A DNA stretch of 64,000 nt from Selaginella moellendorffii. Its lineage: Eukaryota > Plantae > Lycopodiophyta. Below, one piece after another: positions 23,222-34,705 of the stretch. The notes under the pieces were generated by a model, which made no database searches, was not told where the DNA came from, and was given only the letters and a program-made list of their open reading frames with translations. Position 1 is the first letter of the stretch, and every line of letters starts with the position of its first letter. A program made the position numbers and the translations under genes. The DNA is taken from NCBI RefSeq assembly GCF_000143415.4, contig NW_003314423.1, forward strand, positions 74,011-138,010, given 5' to 3'.

Positions 23222-23851
23222 TCAGGATTGAGCGATTCCAGCGGCAGCAGGGTTGGAATTGTCGGCTGGTTCTCGTCCCACCGTTAAATCCTGATCTTGG
23301 CGGTGATTTTCTTCTTCTTCTTCCTCCTCTCGTCTCGGTTCTTGGTGGACAGCGCATCGGCAGAGAGGGCAAGACGCGGAGGTCCGGAGCCACACATCGA
23401 CGCAGTGGGGATGGAAGCAGTGGCTGCACCGCGGCAAGAACCGGATCTTCTCGTCGCCCGGCTGATCATCGGAGAATTCCGCCAGGCACACCGCGCAGCA
23501 TCCCACGCCGCCGCCAGCGCCAGCGCGGTTCTTGGAATACTTGGAGAGGAGGTCTTGGAGAGTGAGGAGCGGGAGCTTGTTGATCTCGTGGGGCTCCAGC
23601 CCGGGCTTGGGGTGATGAGCGGCGGCGGCGTGGATGTGGATGTGGGCGAGGTTGGCGGCGGCGGCGGAGCGGCTGAGCACGACGTTGAGGCGGCGGCGCG
23701 GGCAGAGGAAGTAGAGGCCCAGGAGCCCCAGCAACGAGATGAATGTGAGGATCACCATGACGATGAGCGTGATGATAGCGCCGTTGCTGAGATGGAGGAT
23801 CTGGTGCTCCATTTCGCCGTGGTTGACGGAATTGGAGGAATTGAGCTCCAT
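23222..23851 (-). CDS. ATL-family TM RING-H2 E3 ligase (copy 7)
   Basis: TM, GLEPHEINKLP, CAVC-x19-CSHCFHPHCVDVWLRTSASCPLCR. Confidence 0.92.
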   Translation of the reverse strand: MELNSSNSVNHGEMEHQILHLSNGAIITLIVMVILTFISLLGLLGLYFLCPRRRLNVVLSRSAAAANLAHIHIHAAAAHHPKPGLEPHEINKLPLLTLQDLLSKYSKNRAGAGGGVGCCAVCLAEFSDDQPGDEKIRFLPRCSHCFHPHCVDVWLRTSASCPLCRCAVHQEPRREEEEEEENHRQDQDLTVGREPADNSNPAAAGIAQS

Positions 23852-24111
23852 GGGAGTGGAAAGGATGATCAAGGAGGAGAGATCAAATCAAACCTGCACT
23901 GCCAGGAGCAAGGAGGAAATCAATGGACGGATTGCTCGATCTATCTAGCTCCATCACCTTGCAATTGGGTTGCGATTTTAGTCCAGTTGCCGAATTTTGG
24001 TTTTTCCCGGGCCTCATGAATGGAGGAGACGCGGTGGTTCCACGAGGTGGGGATCCATCAAAGACGCGAATTGAGCGCGACCGCGGTCGCTGGAACGTCC
24101 ATCCATTCCAC

Positions 24112-24170
24112 CGCCAAGCGTGCCCTAATTAGGGCTTTGGGGCGCGCCAAGCGTGCCCTAACTAGGGCTT
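24112..24170. repeat. 26-bp direct repeat (period 33) with a palindromic core, in a divergent promoter
   Basis: cgccaagcgtGCCCTAATTAGGGCtt at 24112-24137 and cgccaagcgtGCCCTAACTAGGGCtt at 24145-24170. Confidence 0.85.
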
Positions 24171-24468
24171 ATGCGGGCGCGGGGGGTTGAGGTGGGAATA
24201 TGCCGCCGGCCGGCACGGCCTCAAAAACACCGCTTGACGCGAGCAGAGCAAGAAAATGGTGAGGATCCTCTCCGCGATTCCTTGGCGCATCCATGGGGTA
24301 GGCGGAGGCGGCGGCGGCGGCTCGGTGGCGACGCTGTATCCTCCCAATGGCGGCTGCGCGGAGGTACGCGGTGGGGTTTTGTCACTGCCGGCAGCATGAA
24401 GAGAGCAAGAGATCATCGCGCAAGGGTTTGATGGTAGAATCAGCGGCAAGGGGGTACTGCATTGTCCA

Positions 24469-26628
24469 ATGTCATCGTCTTCGCCGCCAACGGCACTGGC
24501 ATTGCCGTGGTTTGATCAGCGTAGCGGCGGCACGATCGCGGATTTCCTCAGGAACAACAAGCCGCCGGAAGAGGTGCTGCTCAATTTCCTGGTCAACCCC
24601 TCGCCCGCGCCGAGGCCGTTGACTCCGTTGACCGGCGGCGGCGGCGGCGGCGGCGAGTACGAGAGTCTGGCGATGGCGCGGCCCTGCGAGACGAGCCACG
24701 GCCCCGACTTTAGCGGCCTCTTGTTCGAGGGGAGCAGCATCAAGTCCGAGGATGACGCCGCCGCTGACGATGGCTTGAATGGAGAGCTCATCGCCTTTGA
24801 TCAGATCGACGCAGATATGGCCAGGGACTCCTTCTCGCTCTTTGGTGGCGCCGCCGCCGTGGACGACAGTAGCAACGGGAACTCCCACGACGGGATCGAG
24901 CTGGAGGTTTGCTCGCCATCCAGGAGTGTTGGAGCTGCCGCCGCCGCCAGCGCGCTGCTCAACTTCCCGCTCAACAACTTCCTGGCGCAGCATGGGAGCT
25001 CGTTCCTGGCCGCCGCGGCCGCCGCGGCCGCCGCCGGTGTTGCTCCCGATGGCTCGGAGCTCGTTGGTTTTGAGGCGGCTCCGGCCGAGATCCACGCACA
25101 GTCGTGTAGCAATCTCGTGGGGGACTGGAGCTTGCCACCCGACACCATTCTTCTTCCTTCTTCGCACGGCGGCAGCCATGGCAGTGAGTCCAACAATGCT
25201 GGTAGCAGCAGCGGGACAAACAACATGGTTCATCAGTATAATCTCCAGTGCGGTTCTTGCCAGATCCTACACTGTATTATCCACTCAAATGGTACGTAAC
25301 TTTCTTCTCTTCCTCCTTCTCTCGGTCTCTTTGTTCTTGTTTCTTTCTCTTTGTTTTTCTCTCGTCTGACTCGTTGATTACTATACACACTGCATGAGCT
25401 CCACCATGACTTGTACTAGATCAGTGCAGGAGTCCAAGACACCAAGCTTGAGATCCACGGATGCGACGGGCAGAGCTACAACGCCGTGCTGCACACTCGG
25501 TTTTGTGTGGACGATGGATTTCCCACCACCTTGGAGCAGCAGATTGTTGAGTAAGCCAAGCTCCCTGTGAAAGGTTTCTCTTTGTTGTCATCTTTGATGC
25601 TTTTCTCATTATGAGTTGATTAGCTCCGTGCTTGTTTGTTCTTTGCAGGTTTCCAGTGGGTAACGCGGAGTATGTGAAGCAATTTCTACTCCAGTACAGC
25701 CTCTTGCGAAGGAAGGAAGGCTTCGTACTGCGGCACGATTCCACGGGGAGCTTTGACACGGGCGGAGCGTCCGGTTTTGGAATCGGGCCCGACTGTTTGA
25801 ACGAGTCGTCCGCTTCTTTCCCAAAGCAACTTGGCCGCAGTTTGTTCTCGGACCTTCACTCCGGTGCGTTTTCTTGTTTCCTTGATAGGACAGCATGCGT
25901 GTTTCGTTTTGCTTTTTTCTTTTGTAGACATTTCTATTGCTTTCTTGCTTTTCCGGACACTGGTCCTCTTTTCCTTTTTCCTCTTATATGTTTTTTGCTA
26001 AACCAACATGTGCTGAGCTCTGTTCTCCAACAGCCTCCGATACTTTGAACGCGTTTGGTAAGCAACATCTTCTGGGGCCGAGCAAAGCAAACCGAAGCAG
26101 CAGCTTGGACAGCATGGACCCTGGCGACGGTTCCAACTTGCCTGTCAAGCCTCCAAAGAGCAACGCTGCCGCACAGGTTTCCTTCTGTCGCCCCCCAGCC
26201 AAAGGGATGAGTTTCTCACTGTAAGATCACACCGGTGTGTTTGCTTTTGCTCCTCTCCTCACCGAGTGTTTTTGCACTTTCAGAGGGAAAGAACCGGCAA
26301 GCTCAAGATGTCCGATCTAGCGCAGCACTTCCACCTTCCTATAAATGCCGCCGCCAAGGAGCTGGGAATCTGTCCAACGGTGTTGAAGAAGATTTGTAGG
26401 AGGAACGGGATGCGTCGGTGGCCTCATAGAAAGGTAAGAATGTCTCTCTCTCGCTCTTGTTTTTTAATCTTTCCTCCATAGATTAAGAGTATAGAGCGGA
26501 TAATCGCCACCTTGGAGCAGACAATAGCAGAAGGGGCTGGGCAAGGTGACGAAGGAATTCGTATGGAGATAGCGATGCTGCGGAACGAGCGTGCTCAGCT
26601 ATGCGCGGGTTTGCTCGGGGAGACCTGA
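24469..26628 (+). CDS. RKD: RWP-RK domain transcription factor, RKD type (C-terminal RWP-RK, no PB1 domain), multi-exon
   Basis: LKMSDLAQHFHLPINAAAKELGICPTVLKKICRRNGMRRWPHRK|IKSI; upstream RKD-type blocks CGSCQILHCIIHSNG, TKLEIHG and YVKQFLLQYSLLRRKEG; stop TGA at 26626-26628. Confidence 0.88.
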
Positions 26629-27069
26629 TCCGCGGACAAGTTTTCTTTCTTGTCCTCGCGAGCGGTGTATTATACTCAGATCTAGCAGCAGTAGCGCGCG
26701 AGAGAGCGAGAGCAAGCTAAACGAAGAGAAGAATTTTTTTTTTTTAATCGGCTTCGTTGTGTACATCGTAGGAACTTGTTCGGTTGTGTCTTGAAGCTGT
26801 AATTACACTCCGTGTACAAAGTGGTCTCACTTCTTTTCCGATAGAAACTCCGGAAAAGAGGAGGAAGAAAAGAGAGTCGTGAAAACTGACCGATCCGACT
26901 TATCCTTTCCTCAACGACGTCCAAAGTTTGATATAGACACATTCCCGAGTGTTCTTTCCTTGGGCTCCTGTTTTCACGCACCACACCCATAAGTAGCGAA
27001 CGAGACGAACTTGGAAAAAACTCAAGTGAAAGAGAGAGAAGAGTTTTTTCTTTTCTTACCCGAGGATCT

Positions 27070-27561
27070 TCAGGTGGAAACCACCTCGAGCAGCGGTTCC
27101 TTTTGCAAACTGTCGCGGCAAATCGGGCAGGAGCTGTGCGAGAAGAACCACATGTCGATGCAGTCAGTGTGGAAGCAGTGGCCGCAGCGCGGGAGGTGCC
27201 GAATCTCCGAGTCTCCCTTCCCAAACTCGATCAAGCACACGGCGCAGCACTCGACATTCTCTTCGCCGCTCTTGATCTTCACCAGCTGCTCGTAGCTCAC
27301 CACCGGCAGCCGCTTCACTAGATCCTTGGAGAGTCCCAGCCTGGACTGGAAGCCACCAGCACCAGCACCAACGAGCCCCTGTCCCTCCTCCTGTACCTGC
27401 CTGTGACGCCTGTTGCGAGCCTCGACGCACTTGCACGCGTAGAAGAAGATGAGCAGCGACAGCAGCATGAATGCGAAGAGGATGGAGCAGACAATCACCA
27501 CCGTGAGGCGATCGGTTGCCAGGGACGAGGAGAGTGGCGACGAAGATCTCGGGTCTTGCAT
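27070..27561 (-). CDS. ATL-family TM RING-H2 E3 ligase (copy 8)
   Basis: TM, GLSKDLVKRLP, CAVC-x16-CGHCFHTDCIDMWFFSHSSCPICR. Confidence 0.93.
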   Translation of the reverse strand: MQDPRSSSPLSSSLATDRLTVVIVCSILFAFMLLSLLIFFYACKCVEARNRRHRQVQEEGQGLVGAGAGGFQSRLGLSKDLVKRLPVVSYEQLVKIKSGEENVECCAVCLIEFGKGDSEIRHLPRCGHCFHTDCIDMWFFSHSSCPICRDSLQKEPLLEVVST

Positions 27562-27944
27562 TCTTCCCTTTCGCCAAGCTTGTCAGTCCCGCGTCGAGGA
27601 GAGAATTGGGGCTCCAGGTCATTAGGAGCGCAAGCTGACTTAGTGTTGAGCTGACACCGGAGGAGTTAAACAGTAGCATTAGTCGGTCATCGCTGCAGAA
27701 AGCCACACACTGAGGAATCTGCCCCCTCAAACCAAACCAAAGTGTAGCGTCTGGCTGGATAGCTTTTACGTCGTCTCGATCCTAGCAATCAGAATCCCGT
27801 CATGAGATCACACCAGCGAAAAGAAAAGAAGGAAAATGGAACGTACCTCATACGTCGATCGAGGGGAATAAGCCACCGACGTCAGCACGCTTGCAATTTG
27901 CTCGGCATCTTCTCGAGGAGAGGGGGCCCTTCCCTCCTTGTCTC

Positions 27945-30900
27945 TCAGTCGGAATCACTTACTTCTAAATCGATGCAGACCCTCTTCGGCGAACGCAAAC
28001 AGGCGGCTTGTAGTACTGACTTGTCAAGCTTTCTTTTTTGCGCGAACGTCGGCAGCGTGGTTCTAGCCGTTCTCGTAGAATCTCTCTCCTCCTCGGCGGC
28101 AGCTGATGGTAAAATCGAGTCTATAGGAACTACTTTACCATCGATTTGGCACGTAAAAACGAATGAAACCTGGTCCACATCCACTTTCAGTCAAATTCTT
28201 AAGGAGACACTGCGCACTCACCTCTTCACCAGCAGCCCATTGCAAGATGACATCAGGGACTGTTGATGGATGCGAATGGTGAGCCCAGCGTATCAGGTCC
28301 TCTTCGGCAGGCTCACCTATCTGGCGACAGGAAAAAGAAAAAAACTTTTATCTATGCATTGACCATCGAGTAGACCTCCAGACCTGTTTCTCCCAATGCC
28401 TTTGCCTCTCCAGACAGCCGGCAGTCCCAGCGAAAGCGCCTATATCACCTAGTTGATTAGCTAGTTCATTTGGAACATTTTCAACATCGCAACGTTCACA
28501 ATCAAGCGTGTCATGTGTATCAGAACTGGATAAAAAACGATTTAATGAGCCGCAAGGAATTCATAATCCATTGCAATCACCTTATGTCGCGAAGGGTGAA
28601 CAGATCCCTCAAATCTTCTGTGGATAGCGCGTTGACCTGGAACAGGACTACAACTCTCTTCAAAAATTTAATCAGCTTTCGAACCTCAGCTTTGGAGTCG
28701 CCACTGATCACCTTTTGAAGTCCTTCCTTCGATATTTGACGCTGATAAACCTGCTTGCGACAAGCGTGTTAGAAAAAGTAGCGCTTTCACAACTACACCT
28801 TTATGCTACCTTCTCTTCGATTGTACCAGTTGCTAAAAATCGATAGATGTACACACGCTTCTTTTGGCCATCTCTCCAAACACGCGCTGCTGCCTGCATC
28901 CTAGTTAAAGCAATGATATTCAGAACGTTTCTGTTACCTGTTTGTCATTTGCCGGATTCCAATCAGGATCAAATAGAACCAGCCGGTTGCCGCCAATCAA
29001 GTTTAATCCACATCCACCGGCCTTGCTACTCAGCAGGAAAGCGAATTCGTTCTGTTCACCGACAGTTTAACGTTGGATAAACGAAATGCATTAAAGTCAT
29101 AATAACCTGTGACGGATCATTAAACTTTTGCACCAGCTTTTGCCTTTTCCCAATCGACGTACTTCCATCAAGCCTTACATAGGGATAGTTCCGTTCTCGA
29201 CAGAGTTGAGCAAAGAGATCCAAGGTCTGAGAGCAAACATTTATTTAAATTTAGAGGGAAAAAAGAAATTTTACCTGTGTATAATTCGATACAAGCACGA
29301 TCCTATCGTTTGTTTTCTTCCGTAGATTCTCCAGTAGACGTGCTAGAACAAACATTTTTCCAGACAACTTAACCCAGCTTCCGTCGGAAGGAGTCCCTCT
29401 GTCAGGGTACCATGTCATATACCCTGTTAGATGAAAATATGGCTTTTGATAAGGATCTACCTTCCAGTATGCATCTCCTTCGGAAAAAATTGCATGCAAT
29501 TCTCAAAGCCAGCGGCTTCTGATCCGCCCGCACGAACAGTGTCATATATCAGCTGCAGGCAAGAGTTTGAAACAATGACTCGCTGCGAATCGATCTACCT
29601 TTGGATGGCTGCAAAGCTTTTTCAAAGCCGTAATTGATGCAAGGACACGAGCACGTTTTGCTTTGTCTTGCAATGCCAGACGGACCTGCACAACATGGAG
29701 TTCAGAAAGAAGCTAAATGCTCAGAAGTTTGCATACATTCTTTGAGTGTATAAAGTGTGTATACAGCTCTCGTTGCAGGTTCGTCAGCTTGCAGCAAACT
29801 ACCTCCACGATCTACAAATTTAGATAAAGTTAGCGATAAAGTACCAAAGCTTTATTCACCTTGGGAGGAAGATGGTTGGACAAAAGTGCATTCGTACGCC
29901 GAAGTATGAACTATAAGACAACCAATTTCAGTTCAGTATCAAAATTGAACTCTCAGCTGGATACTTGATTGACTTTCTCGCTTAGCTCTGCAGAGCGCTC
30001 CAATCCTAGTTTTCTTGCCTCTTCTGTAGCCTCAGGCTCACGACCGCGAAGAATAGGATTCTAGACCGATACAAACACTCAAAATACCAAAGGAAAAACT
30101 GCCGCTGTTTACCTGATAATACCGGCGAAATGCAGCCACGTCGCCTAGAATGCCAGGATTCGTAAAATTCACCATAGCGTAAAACTCTTCTAGATCATTC
30201 TGCAAGAGAAAAATGATGTACTGCAAGTAATTATATTGAAACGCGGACCTGCATTGGAGTGCCAGAAAGTAGAACTCTCCTATGGCACTGAAGACTGGCA
30301 AGTGCCTAAATTACCAACCCCTTAGAAAAACCAAAACGACATATGTAAAAAGCTCACTTGATTTGTTAGAGTGTGGTCGTTCTTCAGCCTGTGTGCTTCG
30401 TCACAAATAAGAAGATCACAAGCACCTTCTTTCTGAAACTTGCCCGCATGCAATCGAAAAGTTTCGTATGAAATTATAAGAATCTACAGAAACTCCTGCC
30501 CATGATTAGAAAATTTACGTTTGAAAAAAATTTGAAATACCTGAAATGCATTCCTGGGTGAAAGAAAACTGGCCACGTCTTGAAGAACTTCAGCACGTGA
30601 TGCCTCGCAAATTGCAATGACGCTAGCACGCCCACCAAGCCACTTCTTGATCTCAGATTCCCAGTTACTTACCAGACTGGTGGGAGTGACAATGATAATC
30701 CGCTTAGCTATTGGCGATCCTTGGAAACCTTGTCTCAATAATGTCCAAAGAAGCGTTATAGACTGCAACGTTTTCCCAAGCCTGGAAATAAATCGTTAAA
30801 GAGGAAGGCGTCCAACAACTGAACTGGACGTTGTACCCCATGTCATCAGCGAGAATGCATCCAGACCAAGCCGCATCGCCAGCTTTTGAGAACTCGCGAA

Positions 30901-31542
30901 GGCCAGTTACACACTCAAACATGAACTGGACGCCTTCCCTGCATATACATTCCATTGTGAAAGAAAACAGAACCAAGAAAGGGATAAGAAAACAAAACAA
31001 CAGAGTACCTTTGATGTGGTCGAAGGAACTTCGCGACAATTGGATCGACCACTATAGTCGCACCATCCTCGTTTCCATCAGGCTGCCACAGCACCAAAGG
31101 CTCGAAGTCATCCGGAAGCTCTATACTCCCTTCACTGGGATCCTCTTGAATCGGCAGCGTCTCAACATTGGGACTCAAGGGAAGTAGAGGCTGTCTCTTC
31201 CAAGGAACAAATTTTTTCCTTGCGGAGAGGCGCCGAAGCAGCTCGTCACTGTTGGTCTGCCCGCCAGGACACGGGGACTTGAAAGGCCTCCTGATCACGG
31301 CGGCGCCGTCTGTGACAGTGAGAACCTTTGGAATCAATGCCTGTCGCTTCACAACCAAGTCTCCCCTGAAAAAAAAAATTTAAAAACCAAGATGAGAGTG
31401 AAATGTGCTCAAGAAGCCAGAGATTATCTCACCTCAGTAGCGCTGCCACATTCTCGGACTTCCTGTTCTCTGGCGTGGCGAGATCTTCTACCCCTTCTTC
31501 TTCCTCCTCATCGTCCTCGAGCTGGAAATCTTCATCGTCCAT
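27945..31542 (-). CDS. RAD54: SNF2-family DNA translocase RAD54 (CHR25), many short introns
   Basis: [100 protein letters not shown]; ATG at 31542 (MDDEDF). Confidence 0.93.
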
Positions 31543-31553
31543 GGCCGCGCCGC

Positions 31554-31561
31554 AAACCCTA
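31554..31561. promoter_or_regulatory. Telo-box (AAACCCTA) just upstream of the RAD54 start codon
   Basis: AAACCCTA at 31554; similar TAGGGTTT boxes precede the PPR-CBS gene (about 15692) and ECD (about 59686). Confidence 0.45.
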
Positions 31562-32043
31562 GCTAGAGAATCGCGCGATCTAGGCGAAGCGAACCTTACG
31601 AGTGATCCACGGGCGAGGCGGCGACGCGAAACCCTCCCTCTGCTCAGGAACCCTAGCTACTAAACTTCCCGCCAGTACAAAAAGATATTCGTCTAGTATA
31701 AAATTCAAATGATTAGGGTCTCCCTTGTCCCATTCTTTTGTTATTGTTTATTGTTGTTCGATCAGTGCGGACAGCAAGATGGGGAGGAGTGATTCGAAGT
31801 GATCATAGATCCTACAACTTACAAACGCTTCTTTCTCTTGCGAAGAGATGGGCACATTTTATTTTCTTTGGTAGCACGAAGTGTGTGAGCAAGCAATACG
31901 TGTCTCACGCCAACAATGTGTGTGGCGATAGGCCGTGCGGGTGATTTTGATATGGATGCGTATGGTGCGCGTACGAACCGGTGAGATCAGTTAACTCCCT
32001 CTGTTCTTGCAAGCTTATCCGATCTTGATCAACTTTGTCAGTG

Positions 32044-32730
32044 TCATTGCTTTGTCTCTTCCCGATCCACCTCGCGATCCCGATCGGTGCGAGCTCCAGG
32101 ATCAACTACAATGACGATTTGAAGCTCGGATTGCTCCGATTGCTCTGGTGGTGTTGGTGCTGCTGCTGCTGCTGCTGTGTCAGTGGCAGTCGACTGTGAT
32201 TTGCTCCCGGCGGCGGTGGCGGCAGCGGCGACTAAGCTCGTCCGGCAAACGGGGCAGAAGAGATGCTTTTGGAGCCACTCGTCGACGCAATCGCAGTGGA
32301 AACAATGGGAGCAGTGCGGAAGGAAACGGAGCCTGTCACTGGCAGGATCCAGGCGGCTCTGCTGCTGCTGGAAGTCTGTGAGACAAACAGCGCAGAATTC
32401 GCCACCCTTGATCCGCCCTGCCACCTCGCCCGCCCCCACAACCGGGATCTTCTCCAAGTGCCCCGCCGCCGCCGCTCCTCCTCCTCCGCCGCCGCCGCCG
32501 CTCCATTGCGAGCTGCCGCTGGCGGCACTGCTGTCGCCGCCGCCGCCGCCGCGGTCCAGCGACACATACCTGCAAAAGTAGAAGGCGAGCAATGCGAGCG
32601 TGCAGACGATCGCGGCGGCGCCAATCGCGAGCGCCGAGGTGAAATTCTGGCCAATGTCATAGCCCGAGAGCGTGGGCGCTACGGCAGAGGCGGCGGAGGC
32701 AGCGGCGTTGGGAGGTGGCGCGCCAAGCAT
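32044..32730 (-). CDS. ATL-family TM RING-H2 E3 ligase (copy 9)
   Basis: TM, HLEKIP, CAVC-x23-CSHCFHCDCVDEWLQKHLFCPVCR; TATATA about 100 bp upstream. Confidence 0.9.
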   Translation of the reverse strand: MLGAPPPNAAASAASAVAPTLSGYDIGQNFTSALAIGAAAIVCTLALLAFYFCRYVSLDRGGGGGDSSAASGSSQWSGGGGGGGGAAAAGHLEKIPVVGAGEVAGRIKGGEFCAVCLTDFQQQQSRLDPASDRLRFLPHCSHCFHCDCVDEWLQKHLFCPVCRTSLVAAAATAAGSKSQSTATDTAAAAAAPTPPEQSEQSELQIVIVVDPGARTDRDREVDREETKQ

Positions 32731-33395
32731 TTCTATCTTCCGGGAGATTCCAGCCAAGAACCCTACGAGGAACAAGTTCTCGACCAAAACATTCCGCCCG
32801 TTTCTCCGCATTAAAAAGGAAGCCAACCATATATAGATCTAGCTGGCCAAACGTATAGCCAACGGAATATGCACCGCCACATGGAGCAAAGAGAATCCGC
32901 CACGTGGCAGCGAGGGTCTACCGTACGGTACGGTGCCGTGATTTTAGCTCAAAAGAAGAATTCTTTTCCCGGGGAAATCTAATGGGAGGTCCCGTGGGGT
33001 CAGAACTTTGTCAACGCTGGAGCCTGGAGCGACCGACACAAATCAATGCCAGAGACTTGCATTGTTTGTTTGTATCCTTGTTCCAGTGGATAACGCTAGA
33101 GAACTCGCGAGCCAGATCTCCACGTCTCCTTTTTTTTGCCCGTGGATGAATGGACGAAGGCTCGAGAGAGATGGAGGTGGAGAAATGGAGGTGGAGAGAT
33201 GGCGATGGCGCAGCGGCGGAGAGGCTGCCCAGTACAGAGACCACGCGCAAGGAATTGATTGTTTTGCCAGTCGAAGATTCACGCACCTAGTAGAAGAGTT
33301 TGGGCGAATCTTCATGACTTTGCTCCGAGAGCGACGGTTGCTTTGGCTATGCTTTATCAAGAAAGGGAGAGGGAGAAAAAAACAAAACTTGTCCC

Positions 33396-34090
33396 TCAAG
33401 GCTTTGCGTGATCTTCTTTGGCTGCTTGAGGAGCATCTGCTTGATCTGCTTGAGGAGTGTCGGCTTGATAGTGATCGTTCGGAGGATTGTCAGCACGGCT
33501 GAGCTCCTCGAGATGGGCTTGGATGTCCACACTGCGAGCTTGATCCGGAGAACCGTCGCTCTGGTCGTCAACTTTGCTGCTGCGTTTGAGCTCCTCGAGC
33601 TGGGCACGTACGTCGGCATTGAGATCGAATGGAATTTTGTTCTGCTTGAGAGCCTGCATATAAGTGTAGAGCTCGTCCATGGTCAGCTCTTGAGACTTTT
33701 GATTCTGCGATAGCTCCGGGTGCGTCGCGAGTACTTGCTGGGTCACACTCTTTATCCTGTTCGTGGCTTCTTCACGCTGCCAGAGTCACAATTCAGGAGA
33801 AGAAAGAAAGAAAGAACGAGAGACAATCTTATAAACACTCGCTCACCGCCTGGATCATCACTTGCTCCTTCTTCAAGAGCTCCTCATGGAGCGTACGGAA
33901 GACCTTTAACACCATTTGCTCCTGATTCCGCCGAGCTTCCTGCATCTGGCGATCGAGAAAACCCACCAAAGCGATCACTCCAGGCTCGCTTCCAAGTATC
34001 TGGGATTTGGGCTCTCACCTCGCGAAGCACCGGATCTTCTCCCTTGAACACTATCGAAATGATTCTTCTCACGCTTGTGACCCACCGCAT
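33396..34090 (-). CDS. Three-exon orphan coiled-coil protein (183 aa): exons 34090-34019, 33945-33847 and 33776-33396
   Basis: Two phase-0 GTGAG...CAG introns (73 and 70 nt) join MRWVTSVRRIISIVFKGEDPVLRE + MQEARRNQEQMVLKVFRTLHEELLKKEQVMIQA + REEATNRIKSVTQQ... into one open frame. Confidence 0.7.
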
Positions 34091-34245
34091 TTTTCTAGCC
34101 TCCGTGCCCTAAACCCCTTCTTTGGATCCAAGCTAAATAACAAAAGTCTGCATTGCTTTAATCATAGCCTATGGTTGATACATCCAGAGCTCCTCCTTGT
34201 CTTTAAAACTTGCCATCCGATCTAGATATTAGTAACTTGGGGAGA

Positions 34246-34571
34246 ATGAGGAAGATAAATGGCTATGTTTCTATCCTCCTTATGCTCATTGTCTATGCTT
34301 TGAATGTGAATGGAAGCAAGGGTGATCTTTCCACATTTTTCTCTGATTTTCTGATTGAATTCACAAATTCTCTTGTGTAGATAGATGGGATGAACTTCTG
34401 AGAGCGGATGCTGAGCAAGCCAAGAGCATAATCCAGCGTGAGGTCGGAGCTAGTGTTAATGTTATAGTGCTTCCAGAGGATAGTTTTTACACTGGTGATT
34501 ATCATTGGAATAGAGTGAGGATTTTCAAAGATAAAAACAATAAGGTATCCAAAGTTCCAAAGAGAGGATAG
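34246..34571 (+). CDS. Secreted potato inhibitor I (I13) family serine-protease inhibitor, copy 1 (exons 34246-34321 and 34381-34571)
   Basis: Signal-peptide exon, 59-nt intron, then RWDELLRADAEQAKSIIQRE...VIVLPEDSFYTGDYHWNRVRIFKDKNNKVSKVPKRG*, matching the WxEL...A...I...VL...TxDY..RVRIF...V..VP..G pattern. Confidence 0.88.
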
Positions 34572-34705
34572 AAAAATAACTATGGCCCAAGATAAATTTA
34601 ATTTTAATATTTACAAAAGTGGCACAGTTATTTTAAATAAACATATATTTCCATTCATTTGTAATCTGATCATTGTTCCACAATCCTCCCATTAGTTTCC
34701 TAAAA

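Noticed and set aside
23064-23295. The heptapeptide VPPLNPD is encoded on opposite strands about 200 bp apart with different codons
   Set aside because: One instance is antisense to ATL copy 7 and the other lies in a doubtful N-terminal extension; a few such matches are expected by chance in six frames of 64 kb
11860-33000. Many 100-250 aa overlapping or antisense ORFs over the ATL and RKD exons
   Set aside because: Shadows of GC-rich coding sequence with few stop codons; low-complexity Arg/Ala/Pro translations with no motifs
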